The notes under the pieces are model-generated. The model did not search any database. It was not told the origin of the DNA and was given only the letters and a program-made list of their open reading frames with translations. From assembly GCA_030688735.1 (NCBI GenBank), contig JAUYJC010000630.1:2262-66261 (forward strand): a stretch of DNA of 64,000 nucleotides, in the 5' to 3' direction. A program made the position numbers and the translations under genes. The stretch comes from Deltaproteobacteria bacterium. GTDB lineage: Bacteria > Desulfobacterota > Binatia > UBA9968. Positions 42,414 to 51,086 of the stretch are shown here, piece by piece (within the stretch, counting starts at the first letter, position 1; the number at the start of each line of letters is the position of its first letter).

Positions 42414-42697
42414 GCGTCACTGAAATCGTTCGAAGTTGGCTCACAGTGAATGGCTACACCGGATTCCACCAAGCAGAGTGTGGATGTTTGGTGATCTGGT
42501 CGGCGCAGCAGCAGGGTGAGCCTGGATACCAGGTGGACTGCACCTGCAAGGAGAAAAATATGGCTGGCAAGATAGAAGACCTGAAGGCACAGATAGAGGA
42601 CCTGGAAGAGCAACTGAAGGTAGTGACGGAGATCCGGCATCACGGCTGCGAGTGTAGTGATGATGACGTGTGCGCTGTGCGCAGGACGTGGATATGA
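42410..42697 (+). CDS. hypothetical protein with short coiled coil
   Basis: ATGA-overlapped ATG at 42410; Cys-containing; KIEDLKAQIEDLEEQLK. Confidence 0.55.
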   Translation: MSVTEIVRSWLTVNGYTGFHQAECGCLVIWSAQQQGEPGYQVDCTCKEKNMAGKIEDLKAQIEDLEEQLKVVTEIRHHGCECSDDDVCAVRRTWI

Positions 42698-43128
42698 TCG
42701 ACCCCCCTCTTCGTGAACTCCTTAGAGCAGGCGCGAAGTGTGACCGAAGCGGTCCTCTTTGGCGCTCCTTCCTCGAATTCCACCACGACAACCCGTGGGT
42801 GTACAGGAGGATCAAGGAGATCTCCAATGACCTCTACACCTCCGGGTTTCGATACTACTCCACGAGAACGGTGATCAGCGTTCTGCGCTTCGAGTGGGAT
42901 CTGAGAACCGGAGGTCAAGAGGTCATCATCACCGGCAAACCACGCATGGTGAAGCTCAACAACAATCACAGCCCGTACTACGCGCGCATGATGATAGAAG
43001 AGGACCCGGGCAAGTGGACCGATTTTTTCGAGCTTCGCAGCGCCGAGGGTGACCCAGTTTGCTTTCCACCGGGGCTCGGCCCCAAAACACTGATCCAGAA
43101 ACTACGCGCGCAAATGAGCTTGTTATGA
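42694..43128 (+). CDS. hypothetical protein
   Basis: ATGA-overlapped ATG at 42694; 144 aa. Confidence 0.6.
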   Translation: MIDPPLRELLRAGAKCDRSGPLWRSFLEFHHDNPWVYRRIKEISNDLYTSGFRYYSTRTVISVLRFEWDLRTGGQEVIITGKPRMVKLNNNHSPYYARMMIEEDPGKWTDFFELRSAEGDPVCFPPGLGPKTLIQKLRAQMSLL

Positions 43129-43643
43129 CCATCAAAACCTCAGCCTACGAACGTTCCAAGCTCTGGCCGCCGAAGAGCATCCCCAAGAGCTTTCCCAAGA
43201 ACTTCAAGCGCAGCGAGTGGGACTGCTACGACAAGCGAGGCCAGCTAATTCCGAAGGGGGCGCTCATCGCCGCGGTCCCCGCGACCGGACCGGTCTATCA
43301 GGCGGTGCTGCTGTGCGCGTGGAACTGCCAGCGCATCCGTGACCGGCTCTGCGACATCTACCAGCGCGATGTCAAAATGACCGTGCTGAGCGGCTGGCGG
43401 CCCAAGATCTACAACGATGCTATCAAAGGGGCGTCTAACTCGCAGCACCTCTACGGGCGCGCCGCCGATCTAACCGCCTTCGGCGTGCCGACGAAGAGTC
43501 TCTATGAGGTCGCTTTGAAGATGGCACGCTCGGGGGAGATCGACCAAGGCGGCATCGGCTACTACCCTCGCTCGCGGTTCGTTCACGTTGACACGCGTTG
43601 CGTCTACGGTATGAAGGCCGCGCGATGGAGTCAGAAGGCATGA
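43125..43643 (+). CDS. M15-family zinc peptidase (peptidoglycan hydrolase, D-Ala-D-Ala carboxypeptidase fold)
   Basis: SGWRP...SQHLYGRAADL...RFVHVD (H-x6-D and H-x-D zinc ligands). Confidence 0.8.
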   Translation: MTIKTSAYERSKLWPPKSIPKSFPKNFKRSEWDCYDKRGQLIPKGALIAAVPATGPVYQAVLLCAWNCQRIRDRLCDIYQRDVKMTVLSGWRPKIYNDAIKGASNSQHLYGRAADLTAFGVPTKSLYEVALKMARSGEIDQGGIGYYPRSRFVHVDTRCVYGMKAARWSQKA

Positions 43644-43867
43644 CCAACTACACACCCAAACAGCTCTCCGAGGCGCTCGACATAATCGACGAGTTGCAAG
43701 CCCAGCTCAACACTATCCGCGAAACGTTGGCGGATACATATAGGATCTATGACGCTCGAATTCTCATCAAAACCGCAGAGGAAGAAATCGACGCCGCCGT
43801 ACTCCGCAAGCAACTTCAAAACGACACGGCCAACAACATTCGCAACGTTTTGGGGATATTGAAATGA
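43640..43867 (+). CDS. hypothetical coiled-coil protein
   Basis: ATGA-overlapped ATG at 43640; 75 aa. Confidence 0.55.
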   Translation: MTNYTPKQLSEALDIIDELQAQLNTIRETLADTYRIYDARILIKTAEEEIDAAVLRKQLQNDTANNIRNVLGILK

Positions 43868-44142
43868 CACACGCACGAAACGCAAAAAATATGGCTGAGC
43901 AGACATGCGAGTTCACGCTGAAAAATATCAACAGGGATCGTGATGAAAAGAGAACCCTCCACTGGAAAGCAGCTGGTCAGCAAATCAAAAAAGCAGCGTC
44001 GAAGGGGTTGTTTGAGTGTCGATACATCCTTTCAGAACACACCGAGGCAACCACTTGGCTCGCGGAAGAGTTGGCTCGGGTCGGCTTCACCATCTGCAAA
44101 GAATCTAGCTCTTTGATCATCTATTGGGGAGTGCGGAAATGA
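43864..44142 (+). CDS. hypothetical protein
   Basis: 92-aa ORF with an ATGA overlap. Confidence 0.6.
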   Translation: MTHARNAKNMAEQTCEFTLKNINRDRDEKRTLHWKAAGQQIKKAASKGLFECRYILSEHTEATTWLAEELARVGFTICKESSSLIIYWGVRK

Positions 44143-44369
44143 TCGAGTTCATGGGCCAGGACCGTCGCCATCGCGAAGAGGCCATCGCCATAGTGATTGC
44201 CCTGATCATCCTTATCGCATTGCTTGCATCGGTAGCCTATTTCCGGCTACAAAACCGACTGGACCGAATCGAAAAGGAGTGCCATTCAAATGGGCAAACG
44301 CAGCAAGCAACTCAAGAACAAGATGAACGGCGGGCGCGGCCATCGCCGCAGCAAAGTGAAGATCGATAA
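44139..44369 (+). CDS. small single-pass membrane protein
   Basis: ATG 44139; AIAIVIALIILIALLASVAYF helix. Confidence 0.5.
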   Translation: MIEFMGQDRRHREEAIAIVIALIILIALLASVAYFRLQNRLDRIEKECHSNGQTQQATQEQDERRARPSPQQSEDR

Positions 44370-44616
44370 CCGGGAAGCTCACGGGCCATGCTACTTCGAG
44401 GGCTGCAAGCGAAAGGCCGTTCGCACCTTTCACTGCAAGACTTGTGAAGCGATGCAGCTCCAAGGCAAGCGTGAAGAAAAAGACGTGGTTCGCATTCCGC
44501 ACTGTTTGACACACCTCGACGACGCCATCACGGCGATCAAGCACCACGCTATCGCCGGCCATCCATTGCTGAACGTGCCTCGGGCTGTCTTGGCGGGGCT
44601 GAAGGGGGAGCTGTGA
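44290..44616 (+). CDS. basic Cys/His-rich protein
   Basis: 108-aa ORF overlapping the previous gene by about 80 nt; the start may be internal (44323). Confidence 0.45.
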   Translation: MGKRSKQLKNKMNGGRGHRRSKVKIDNREAHGPCYFEGCKRKAVRTFHCKTCEAMQLQGKREEKDVVRIPHCLTHLDDAITAIKHHAIAGHPLLNVPRAVLAGLKGEL

Positions 44617-44802
44617 GGTGTCACGCCGGAGCCGGTCACAGTGAACCGGCAGATCGTGGTGCCTACGGTTGGTTGTGTGATGCTTGCTGGGCCGCGGTTC
44701 AGCGGCTCTGGAAAAGGAACAAATGAAGATCTCCGGCCAGTTACTCATGGATGCGATCATTCAGCGAGCAGTCATCCTCAAAGCTCTCAAGGAACTTCAG
44801 TC

Positions 44803-45240
44803 GTGAAAGTCAAAATCCGATTCGTCGCCTCGCCCATTCCAAAGTCCGTCGACTACCTGCGCTTGCTGGAGTCCTCCGCGCACGGAGTCATGGCCGTACC
44901 CATCGGCCCCGTCGCTCTCAACATGCCGCCGTGGGATGAGCTGGCGCACCTGTTTGTCAATGAACTCGCCGATGTCTACGTCAATGTCGTGTGCGCCCCG
45001 CGGGGGGTGCTCATCGCGCCGCCGGTCTGCTTCGACCAGGCGATCCCTGACGCGAGTGATTTCGTCCCCGGGACTATCTTCGCGGCGTTTTGGACTTCGG
45101 GGGTCATCAACATCGCGGCTGTTGTCGGCGGCGAGGGGGATAGTGACGCCCTCGGACGCTACGACGTAGCTATGCTAGACATGCAACCGCTCGCGCTGCG
45201 GGCGTACATCGACAACCTCATTGTGGAAAAAGGGATATGA
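44803..45240 (+). CDS. hypothetical protein
   Basis: GTG 44803 inside listed ORF 44641..45240. A 27-codon ORF (44723-44806, AAGGA upstream) may be coupled to it. Confidence 0.5.
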   Translation: MKVKIRFVASPIPKSVDYLRLLESSAHGVMAVPIGPVALNMPPWDELAHLFVNELADVYVNVVCAPRGVLIAPPVCFDQAIPDASDFVPGTIFAAFWTSGVINIAAVVGGEGDSDALGRYDVAMLDMQPLALRAYIDNLIVEKGI

Positions 45241-45395
45241 AAGTCATCGAAGATGTTCGCGGCGAGACCATCAGCGTCGTCACAATTTCTAACACTATTC
45301 AGATCGGACTATACGATGAGTCTGTGGAGCTTGACGAAGACGGGGTTAACAACTTAATCACCGCGCTACAAACCGCGAAGGAAGAGCTAGAATGA
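45237..45395 (+). CDS. small hypothetical protein (52 aa)
   Basis: ATGA overlaps at both ends. Under 60 aa, so not in the ORF track. Confidence 0.45.
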   Translation: MKVIEDVRGETISVVTISNTIQIGLYDESVELDEDGVNNLITALQTAKEELE

Positions 45396-46516
45396 GAGTC
45401 AACTACCACTGCCATTTCGGCCAGCCCACCGGCTACGCCCGAGCTGCTCACGACAACATCATGGCGTTGCTCTCAGTCGGCGTGAGCGTGAAGATCTGGC
45501 CGTTCGATTCATATGCTTGCATCGACGGGCTTGAGTCACGCTACATGAAGTTGACCAACTACCTCGCCGCCGATGACGATGATCCCTTCAAAGATGAAGG
45601 CGTTCACGTCTATCACGAGACCCCGGGGAGGCTCAAAGAGCTGTTGGACATCGACGCGCTCCCCGGGCCAGCAGTCGCTTTCACGACTTGGGAGACTTCC
45701 CAGCTGCCAGAGGAGTTTGTCGACGCTCTTTTGTCGTTCGAGAGTGTCATCGTACCTTCGGTCTTTTGTCAACATGCCTTGTCGAAAAGCGGTGTGAAGT
45801 CTGAAGTGGTTCCGCACACCCTCGATTTCGACTTCTGGGAGCCCTCAGACAAGCCCAAGGCGTCGCCGTTCACCTTCTACACCATCGGCGCCTGGAACGA
45901 GCGCAAGAACGTCGGGGCGCTGCTCAAGGCGTACCTGGCCGCGTTCCGCCGGGACGATGAGGTCAAGCTCGTCATCCACTCGATCGATCCCGACATCTTC
46001 GAGACCAAACGCATCCTCAGCCAGAGCGGCATCCCGGAAGGTCAATTGCCGCGACTCTTGATCACAGATCACTTCCTCTCCGAAGCCGCACTTTTGTCTA
46101 TCCACCAGGAATCACACTGTTTCGTGTCGATGACCCGGTGCGAGGGGTGGGGGCTCGGCGCCTTCGAGGCGCTGGCCTGCGGCAACCCCGTGCTCATGCC
46201 GGGCTACGGCGGACAGTGGGACTTTCTGCCGACGCAGAGTCACAAGGTGCAGTACACGACGACGCCTTGTTTCCCTTCTGATCGCATCGTCATCCGCGAT
46301 GACGTGGTCACGGGCATCCGCAACGTACCCAAGGGCGTCGCGTGCGATCAAGACTGGGCCGAGCCCAGCATCCACGACATGAAAGTGCTCATGCGGCGAG
46401 TGTTCACTAGCCGGGGAGAGGATATTCTTCCTATCCGAAAGAAGCTCGGCTCTCTCTACAACTACAACAAAGTCGGTGAGCGGCTCGCTTCGGTCCTCGC
46501 CTACACGGGGAAATAG
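45392..46516 (+). CDS. GT-B glycosyltransferase (GT1/GT4-like)
   Basis: RCEGWGLGAFEALACGNPVLMPGYGG contains the E-x7-E motif. 374 aa. Confidence 0.8.
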   Translation: MRVNYHCHFGQPTGYARAAHDNIMALLSVGVSVKIWPFDSYACIDGLESRYMKLTNYLAADDDDPFKDEGVHVYHETPGRLKELLDIDALPGPAVAFTTWETSQLPEEFVDALLSFESVIVPSVFCQHALSKSGVKSEVVPHTLDFDFWEPSDKPKASPFTFYTIGAWNERKNVGALLKAYLAAFRRDDEVKLVIHSIDPDIFETKRILSQSGIPEGQLPRLLITDHFLSEAALLSIHQESHCFVSMTRCEGWGLGAFEALACGNPVLMPGYGGQWDFLPTQSHKVQYTTTPCFPSDRIVIRDDVVTGIRNVPKGVACDQDWAEPSIHDMKVLMRRVFTSRGEDILPIRKKLGSLYNYNKVGERLASVLAYTGK

Positions 46517-46518
46517 CT

Positions 46519-46860
46519 ATGATCAACACACTCAAAAAACTCATCAAAGATCGCGGCACCGACATCAACGACAAGCGCGTCATCATGGGACAGATTTCCA
46601 TGCAAGGCGGTTTGCAGATCGTCGGCGCCATCTCCTTCATCACGGGGGAGGAAGGCGAGCCTATAGGCTATTGCGTCGGCGCTGTGCCACTCAACCCACA
46701 GAACCCTCGGCTGGGCATGAAGATCATCGAGCAATACTTCAACCCGTTCGACGTTACGGGCATCACCATCCAAGGCAGCCCCGAACTCGCGGGCGCCTAC
46801 GAAAAGCTCTGGAATCAGGGCAACAGCGTTGCGCCCTCGAAGTCGGCGCTGGAGATCTAG
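46519..46860 (+). CDS. hypothetical protein
   Basis: 113-aa ORF, the last gene of the plus-strand block. Confidence 0.6.
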   Translation: MINTLKKLIKDRGTDINDKRVIMGQISMQGGLQIVGAISFITGEEGEPIGYCVGAVPLNPQNPRLGMKIIEQYFNPFDVTGITIQGSPELAGAYEKLWNQGNSVAPSKSALEI

Positions 46861-47243
46861 GGAGTCACAGGTTTCGGCGGTAGGCGATTCAGCAACGTGT
46901 TTGAAATCGCCTCCTGTCGAATCTGACTCTCGCGAATCGTGCGAACCTCTTGTTCGATGACGGGGTGCCCGTGCTGCTCCACGTTGGCGAGAGCATCTCT
47001 CACAGAGAGGTACCAGCTAAAGGCAGCCACGATACAGGCTCCCAACAGGGCGAGAGTCATCCGCGTCCAGCCCCCGAGTTCGATGCCGAGAAACGCCGTC
47101 GACGGCGCTTTTTCGTGGACCTTATCCGCGATGGCGTTGATGAAGCTCTCATTGGCGAGAGGACCACTTTCAGACCACTCCCGCCGGACGGGGACCCCCA
47201 ACGGAGGGGTGGACATTATTGGGATATCATCCGTGGTAGCCAT
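46857..47243 (-). CDS. membrane protein
   Basis: 128 aa with a central TM helix (LALLGACIVAAFSWYL). Its stop shares the CTAG with the convergent plus-strand stop. Confidence 0.6.
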   Translation of the reverse strand: MATTDDIPIMSTPPLGVPVRREWSESGPLANESFINAIADKVHEKAPSTAFLGIELGGWTRMTLALLGACIVAAFSWYLSVRDALANVEQHGHPVIEQEVRTIRESQIRQEAISNTLLNRLPPKPVTP

Positions 47244-47482
47244 TATTGCCCCCAGTATCTCATGAGGAGCGCCCCGGCGCCGAGCCCTAGCGAGACGTGC
47301 AGAGCGCCTTTGTGGCCTGTGGCGAGCCCGTAGGCGAGCCCGGCAGCCGCCACGAGGCCGACGCGGCGCGTGGCGCCGGCCATGCGCTCGTCGACGGCGA
47401 TCTCGTCCGGGCCGGCGAGACCCATGATCTGGGTGACGCCGTGTTGCCCAGGAGGACCATACTCAACGATGACCTTCTTCAC
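47243..47482 (-). CDS. small Gly/Ala-rich membrane protein
   Basis: 79 aa with a GTG start. Confidence 0.5.
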   Translation of the reverse strand: MKKVIVEYGPPGQHGVTQIMGLAGPDEIAVDERMAGATRRVGLVAAAGLAYGLATGHKGALHVSLGLGAGALLMRYWGQ

Positions 47483-47493
47483 GGTGATCTATC

Positions 47494-47631
47494 TTACTTC
47501 TTGTAAAGCCAGAACAGGAAGAATACCCCGAACATCAGTGGCAGTCCGATGACGGCCCGAGTGGTCTCGCCGGCACACGCGGTACAGCCCACGGTTACCG
47601 GTACCGGGTTCGTGATGTAATTGGACGACAT
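47494..47631 (-). CDS. small tail-anchored membrane protein (45 aa)
   Basis: Perfect AAGGAGG SD 5 nt upstream of the ATG at 47631. C-terminal LPLMFGVFFLFWLYKK. Confidence 0.6.
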   Translation of the reverse strand: MSSNYITNPVPVTVGCTACAGETTRAVIGLPLMFGVFFLFWLYKK

Positions 47632-47640
47632 GATTCCTCC

Positions 47641-48459
47641 TTAGTTTTGTGTTTGCGGTAAGTAGCCGAACGCTTGGTTGAACGCGGCAAACCGCTGCAT
47701 GATCAGCCCACCGATATCTTGGGGGACATGATCCGACCAGAGACCTTCTGGCACTTTGACCGCGCCAGAGCCCTCGTGTGGGTATTTGCCGAGGTAGAGC
47801 GCGTCTGCGTCGGTCGCCGTGTTCTCGACGTGCGTGAAGTCATGCGCGAAACCGTCTTCACCAAGTACGGTGTAGATGGAGTCGAGCACGAGTTTCGGAT
47901 TTTTCACCAATGTCTCGAATTGGATCATATGGACGTAGGGTAGGTTGCGGCGCATTAGATCTTCGATACCGGCGACGTGCTGACCAACGAGCCCTTGCGG
48001 GGACAGCATTCGGTCGGCGCGGTTGTACGTGTGCAGCTCAAGAGGGCCACTAGCCTCGTCGAGCACGGGGTTTTTGGCGTGCTGCTTCTCGATGCTCGCC
48101 ATGACGGCGCGTAGATCGCGCACCATGACGAACATGTGCGACTCGGGGAAGATCTGGTGCAGGAGCAACGGGGAGTGATTCCAGTGTCGATCTTTGTCGA
48201 AAATCACTTCCCCGTTGCCTGCGTACCAGGCTTCGATCATGGCGCGAATACCGCCTACCATCTTGGTGGTCGTGACTTCTGCGTCGTGTAGCAACTGACT
48301 CTTGATCTCTGGGGAATGACTCCAGAGATTGCTGAGTGCCCGAGCCGACGACGCCACGCAGCTTGTCGAGCTAGCGTGGAATCGTGGGTTCTGATTCAAG
48401 ATGTTGCAGAGTAGTGTCGATCCACTCCGTGGTGTACCGCAGATTGTGTTGAATTTCAT
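47641..48459 (-). CDS. sulfotransferase (second copy, divergent)
   Basis: CGTPRSGSTLLCNIL (5'-PSB) and VMVRDLRAVMAS (3'-PB). Confidence 0.75.
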   Translation of the reverse strand: MKFNTICGTPRSGSTLLCNILNQNPRFHASSTSCVASSARALSNLWSHSPEIKSQLLHDAEVTTTKMVGGIRAMIEAWYAGNGEVIFDKDRHWNHSPLLLHQIFPESHMFVMVRDLRAVMASIEKQHAKNPVLDEASGPLELHTYNRADRMLSPQGLVGQHVAGIEDLMRRNLPYVHMIQFETLVKNPKLVLDSIYTVLGEDGFAHDFTHVENTATDADALYLGKYPHEGSGAVKVPEGLWSDHVPQDIGGLIMQRFAAFNQAFGYLPQTQN

Positions 48460-48725
48460 AGTGGAACGTCCACGGTGACTTTACTGACCAGGTTATCGAG
48501 AGAGGTTTTCTCGGCGACCATATCGTCTACTTCTTCTTGCTGGCTGGCGATCTGCTTCGTGAGGCGTGCGATGCGGGCGGCCAGGCGGCTAGCTTCTCGT
48601 TCAAGGCGCTTTTTGGGCACGTCGGTCGTGACTGCGGTGGGAATACCGGCGACTACGATCTGCGCCTTCCCATCAGTAACCTGCCATTTGTGTCCAGACT
48701 CTTTGTTCTTAGGCATTTTCTTCAA
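48456..48725 (-). CDS. small beta + coiled-coil protein
   Basis: 89 aa. Similar architecture to 49068..49331 (short beta segment, then a KxRLxxxxxRL...EEVD helix). Confidence 0.6.
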   Translation of the reverse strand: MKKMPKNKESGHKWQVTDGKAQIVVAGIPTAVTTDVPKKRLEREASRLAARIARLTKQIASQQEEVDDMVAEKTSLDNLVSKVTVDVPL

Positions 48726-48828
48726 TTCTTTCTTGGTTTCGCTATTTCGGAAGCCCCTGATCTGGGTACCAACTCAGGCTGAGCTTGCCTCCGCTGTTGG
48801 GCGGTTTTACGCTGAGAGCGTATCATAG

Positions 48829-48852
48829 GTGTGTGTGTGTGTGTGTGTGTGT
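48829..48852. repeat. (GT)12 / (AC)12 dinucleotide microsatellite
   Basis: 12 perfect GT units in the intergenic gap between minus-strand genes. Confidence 0.95.
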
Positions 48853-48863
48853 TAGTTGTTAGC

Positions 48864-49046
48864 TCACGAAGCGAAACGTATCTGTGGCCGCCCATAGCCA
48901 CCCTGGCCCAGAGTCAATCGGTCAGGGGAAGTGCCTACTGTGATGGCGCCGTCGTAGCTCTCAGCGTTGGTTCCGTCAACTTTCTCAACGCCACTAGCAG
49001 TAACGTACAGTGCCCATTCCCAGTTCGTTGACTCTTTGCTCGGCAT
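48864..49046 (-). CDS. small hypothetical protein
   Basis: 60-aa ORF. Confidence 0.45.
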   Translation of the reverse strand: MPSKESTNWEWALYVTASGVEKVDGTNAESYDGAITVGTSPDRLTLGQGGYGRPQIRFAS

Positions 49047-49067
49047 TTTCTTCTCTTTTGGGCGGTT

Positions 49068-49331
49068 TTACACAGGTTCTGGGTCATCCTTTACCAGAGC
49101 CAGTAGGGCCACTAACCCCACTTTGGCGGCTTTGAGCTTATCGACCTCAGCCTGATTCTCGGCACAGATCTGCCGGTGTGTTTCCAGGGCTCCTTCGATG
49201 CGGCTTAGCTGCTTTACTAATCGAGCTTTCGGCATAGCGCGGACCTCTTCAGGTACCGCGGGGGTGGTCGCTATCAGCGTACCATCTACATCCACGCTGA
49301 AGATCTTGCCGTCAAATTCTATGTTTGCCAT
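49068..49331 (-). CDS. small beta + coiled-coil protein (possible fibre chaperone or assembly factor)
   Basis: 87 aa, immediately downstream of the third fibre gene. Confidence 0.6.
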   Translation of the reverse strand: MANIEFDGKIFSVDVDGTLIATTPAVPEEVRAMPKARLVKQLSRIEGALETHRQICAENQAEVDKLKAAKVGLVALLALVKDDPEPV

Positions 49332-49350
49332 TGTCTTCTCTCTGTCTGAG

Positions 49351-51036
49351 TTAGTTTACGCTACGGCTGATTTCGTACCAGCTCGTGCCATCGGAGATTA
49401 GCTCAAGTATCGTGTCATCAGCTGAGGTAAACGCAGCCGATAGATCGACCGTGTTGGCTGTATGGGCATCCGTGTCTGTGATAGTCACGAGGCTATCGAC
49501 AAATAGCAACACCAGGCGCATTCCATCAAATCCCCCCGTGATGTCAGCTAGTGTATTTCCGCCGCCATTACCCGTGACCACCACGAAGGAAGACGTGACT
49601 GCCAGGGTAGTAGCACCTACCCCAAGCGTTTTTGATTCTTTCCCAGAGCCCGTAGCGCCACTAGCTCGCGCCGACCATTTAGTTCCCACCTGCAAGCTAT
49701 TGGCTATGCTGTTGGTGCCGGGGCCGAACTGAACTGCGTTGGTTGCCGAGGCAACGATGGCTGCTGTGTCCGTCTTGCCAAATGCAAACGAGCCCTCGGC
49801 ACTAGCAGTAATCGCAAATGTGGTCGAGCACGAACCACCCGCAAAAGCTCCTGCCCCTGCCCCAGCTGTGATATTTGCCGAGCCAGCTATGTTGCCGAAA
49901 GCGAATGTACCATTTCCTGAGGAAGCGATATTGCCACTACTATTTGCGTTGCCAAATGCAAGTGATCCAGATCCAGACGCGAGAATATTGGACGTGTTTC
50001 CCGCGCGGCCAAGTGCAAATGATCCGGTTCCAGACGCGAGAATATCGGACGTGTTTATCGCGTAGCCCAATGCGTGAGCACCGCCCGCAGCTGCGACAAT
50101 GGTAGTCCCGGTAGTCGCAGAGCCAGAGGCGAATGACCCTGCCCCGCTGGCTCGGATTGTGCCTCCTGTTGACGATCCACGCGCGAACGCCCCCGCCGCC
50201 GTAGTTGTTTCTATGAGACCGCCGTTGGTTACTGAGCCCGTTGCAAACGATCCCACACCTGTACCCGTCAAGATTCTTGACGATACAGCAGTGCCAATAA
50301 CACTCCCGAAGACAAATGAAGCCCCATTTGTGGAGTTTGCTTTCAGTGTTCCAATTTCGTTAACATAGCCACAGACAACGCTACCAACAGCAGTTGCGCC
50401 GGTTCCCATGCTGACTGTGTGGTTGCCAGAACCCGTCCGTCCATGAACAAACGCACCCTGCGCAGCCGAATATATGTTTGAGTAACCTCCATAGTAACTG
50501 TCAGAGCCAGACACGCCTCCTACCCACGCACCGGCAACACTGGCCGACATATTGGCGTAACCGCCGGCAAGTCCGTGCGCAAAGGCACCCGCCCCCGCTG
50601 CGGTGATATTTCCACCCTTATTCGCACTATCAATTGTGCTCTGCCCGTGAGCAAAGGCACCAGCCCCCGCCGCTGTGATGACCCCCGTAGGGACTCCTAC
50701 GGCGATATCTCCACCTGCTATCGCAGCATTATCAGCCAGAGCAATCGCACTGCTTTGAATGGTATTGGCTCCATTCCATCGAGCAATTCGATCATCAACA
50801 CCTAGCCCTGTGAGGTCGGTACCACCACCAGCAGTAGAAGCCACCCAGCCTGTGTTGGTGCCTACTCCAGTCTCCTTTCGGTAGAGAGTGGTATCAGTTC
50901 CACCGTCAGTACGCTGCCACGTATCACCGGGGCTACCAGTGACTGCACCCTCGGGTGAACCAGTACCAGACAGACTGCGAGCCCCACTCGCAAAAAGAGT
51001 CTGATCGACGCCGCCTCTACGTACGATGCTGGTCAT
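49351..51036 (-). CDS. fibre/spike protein with YadA-head-like Gly/Ala/Ser repeats
   Basis: 561 aa. The N-terminus MTSIVRRGGVDQTLF is shared with the next gene. Long run of G-[SA]-x-A-x-G type repeats (GAGAFAHG, GSFALGRAG...). Confidence 0.75.
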   Translation of the reverse strand: MTSIVRRGGVDQTLFASGARSLSGTGSPEGAVTGSPGDTWQRTDGGTDTTLYRKETGVGTNTGWVASTAGGGTDLTGLGVDDRIARWNGANTIQSSAIALADNAAIAGGDIAVGVPTGVITAAGAGAFAHGQSTIDSANKGGNITAAGAGAFAHGLAGGYANMSASVAGAWVGGVSGSDSYYGGYSNIYSAAQGAFVHGRTGSGNHTVSMGTGATAVGSVVCGYVNEIGTLKANSTNGASFVFGSVIGTAVSSRILTGTGVGSFATGSVTNGGLIETTTAAGAFARGSSTGGTIRASGAGSFASGSATTGTTIVAAAGGAHALGYAINTSDILASGTGSFALGRAGNTSNILASGSGSLAFGNANSSGNIASSGNGTFAFGNIAGSANITAGAGAGAFAGGSCSTTFAITASAEGSFAFGKTDTAAIVASATNAVQFGPGTNSIANSLQVGTKWSARASGATGSGKESKTLGVGATTLAVTSSFVVVTGNGGGNTLADITGGFDGMRLVLLFVDSLVTITDTDAHTANTVDLSAAFTSADDTILELISDGTSWYEISRSVN

Positions 51037-51086
51037 GGATTATTCCTCTGATTTTTAGCTTACTAGAGTCATAAGGATGGGTGGCT

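Noticed and set aside
46857-46860. The convergent plus and minus blocks meet with their stop codons sharing one CTAG and no terminator between them.
   Set aside because: This is a real observation, but it is probably just gene packing. I could not find any bidirectional terminator to annotate.
48831-49031. ORF starting in the GT microsatellite (MCVCVCVLVV...).
   Set aside because: Its start is created by the (GT)n run and it is antisense to gene 48864..49046. Not credible as a gene.
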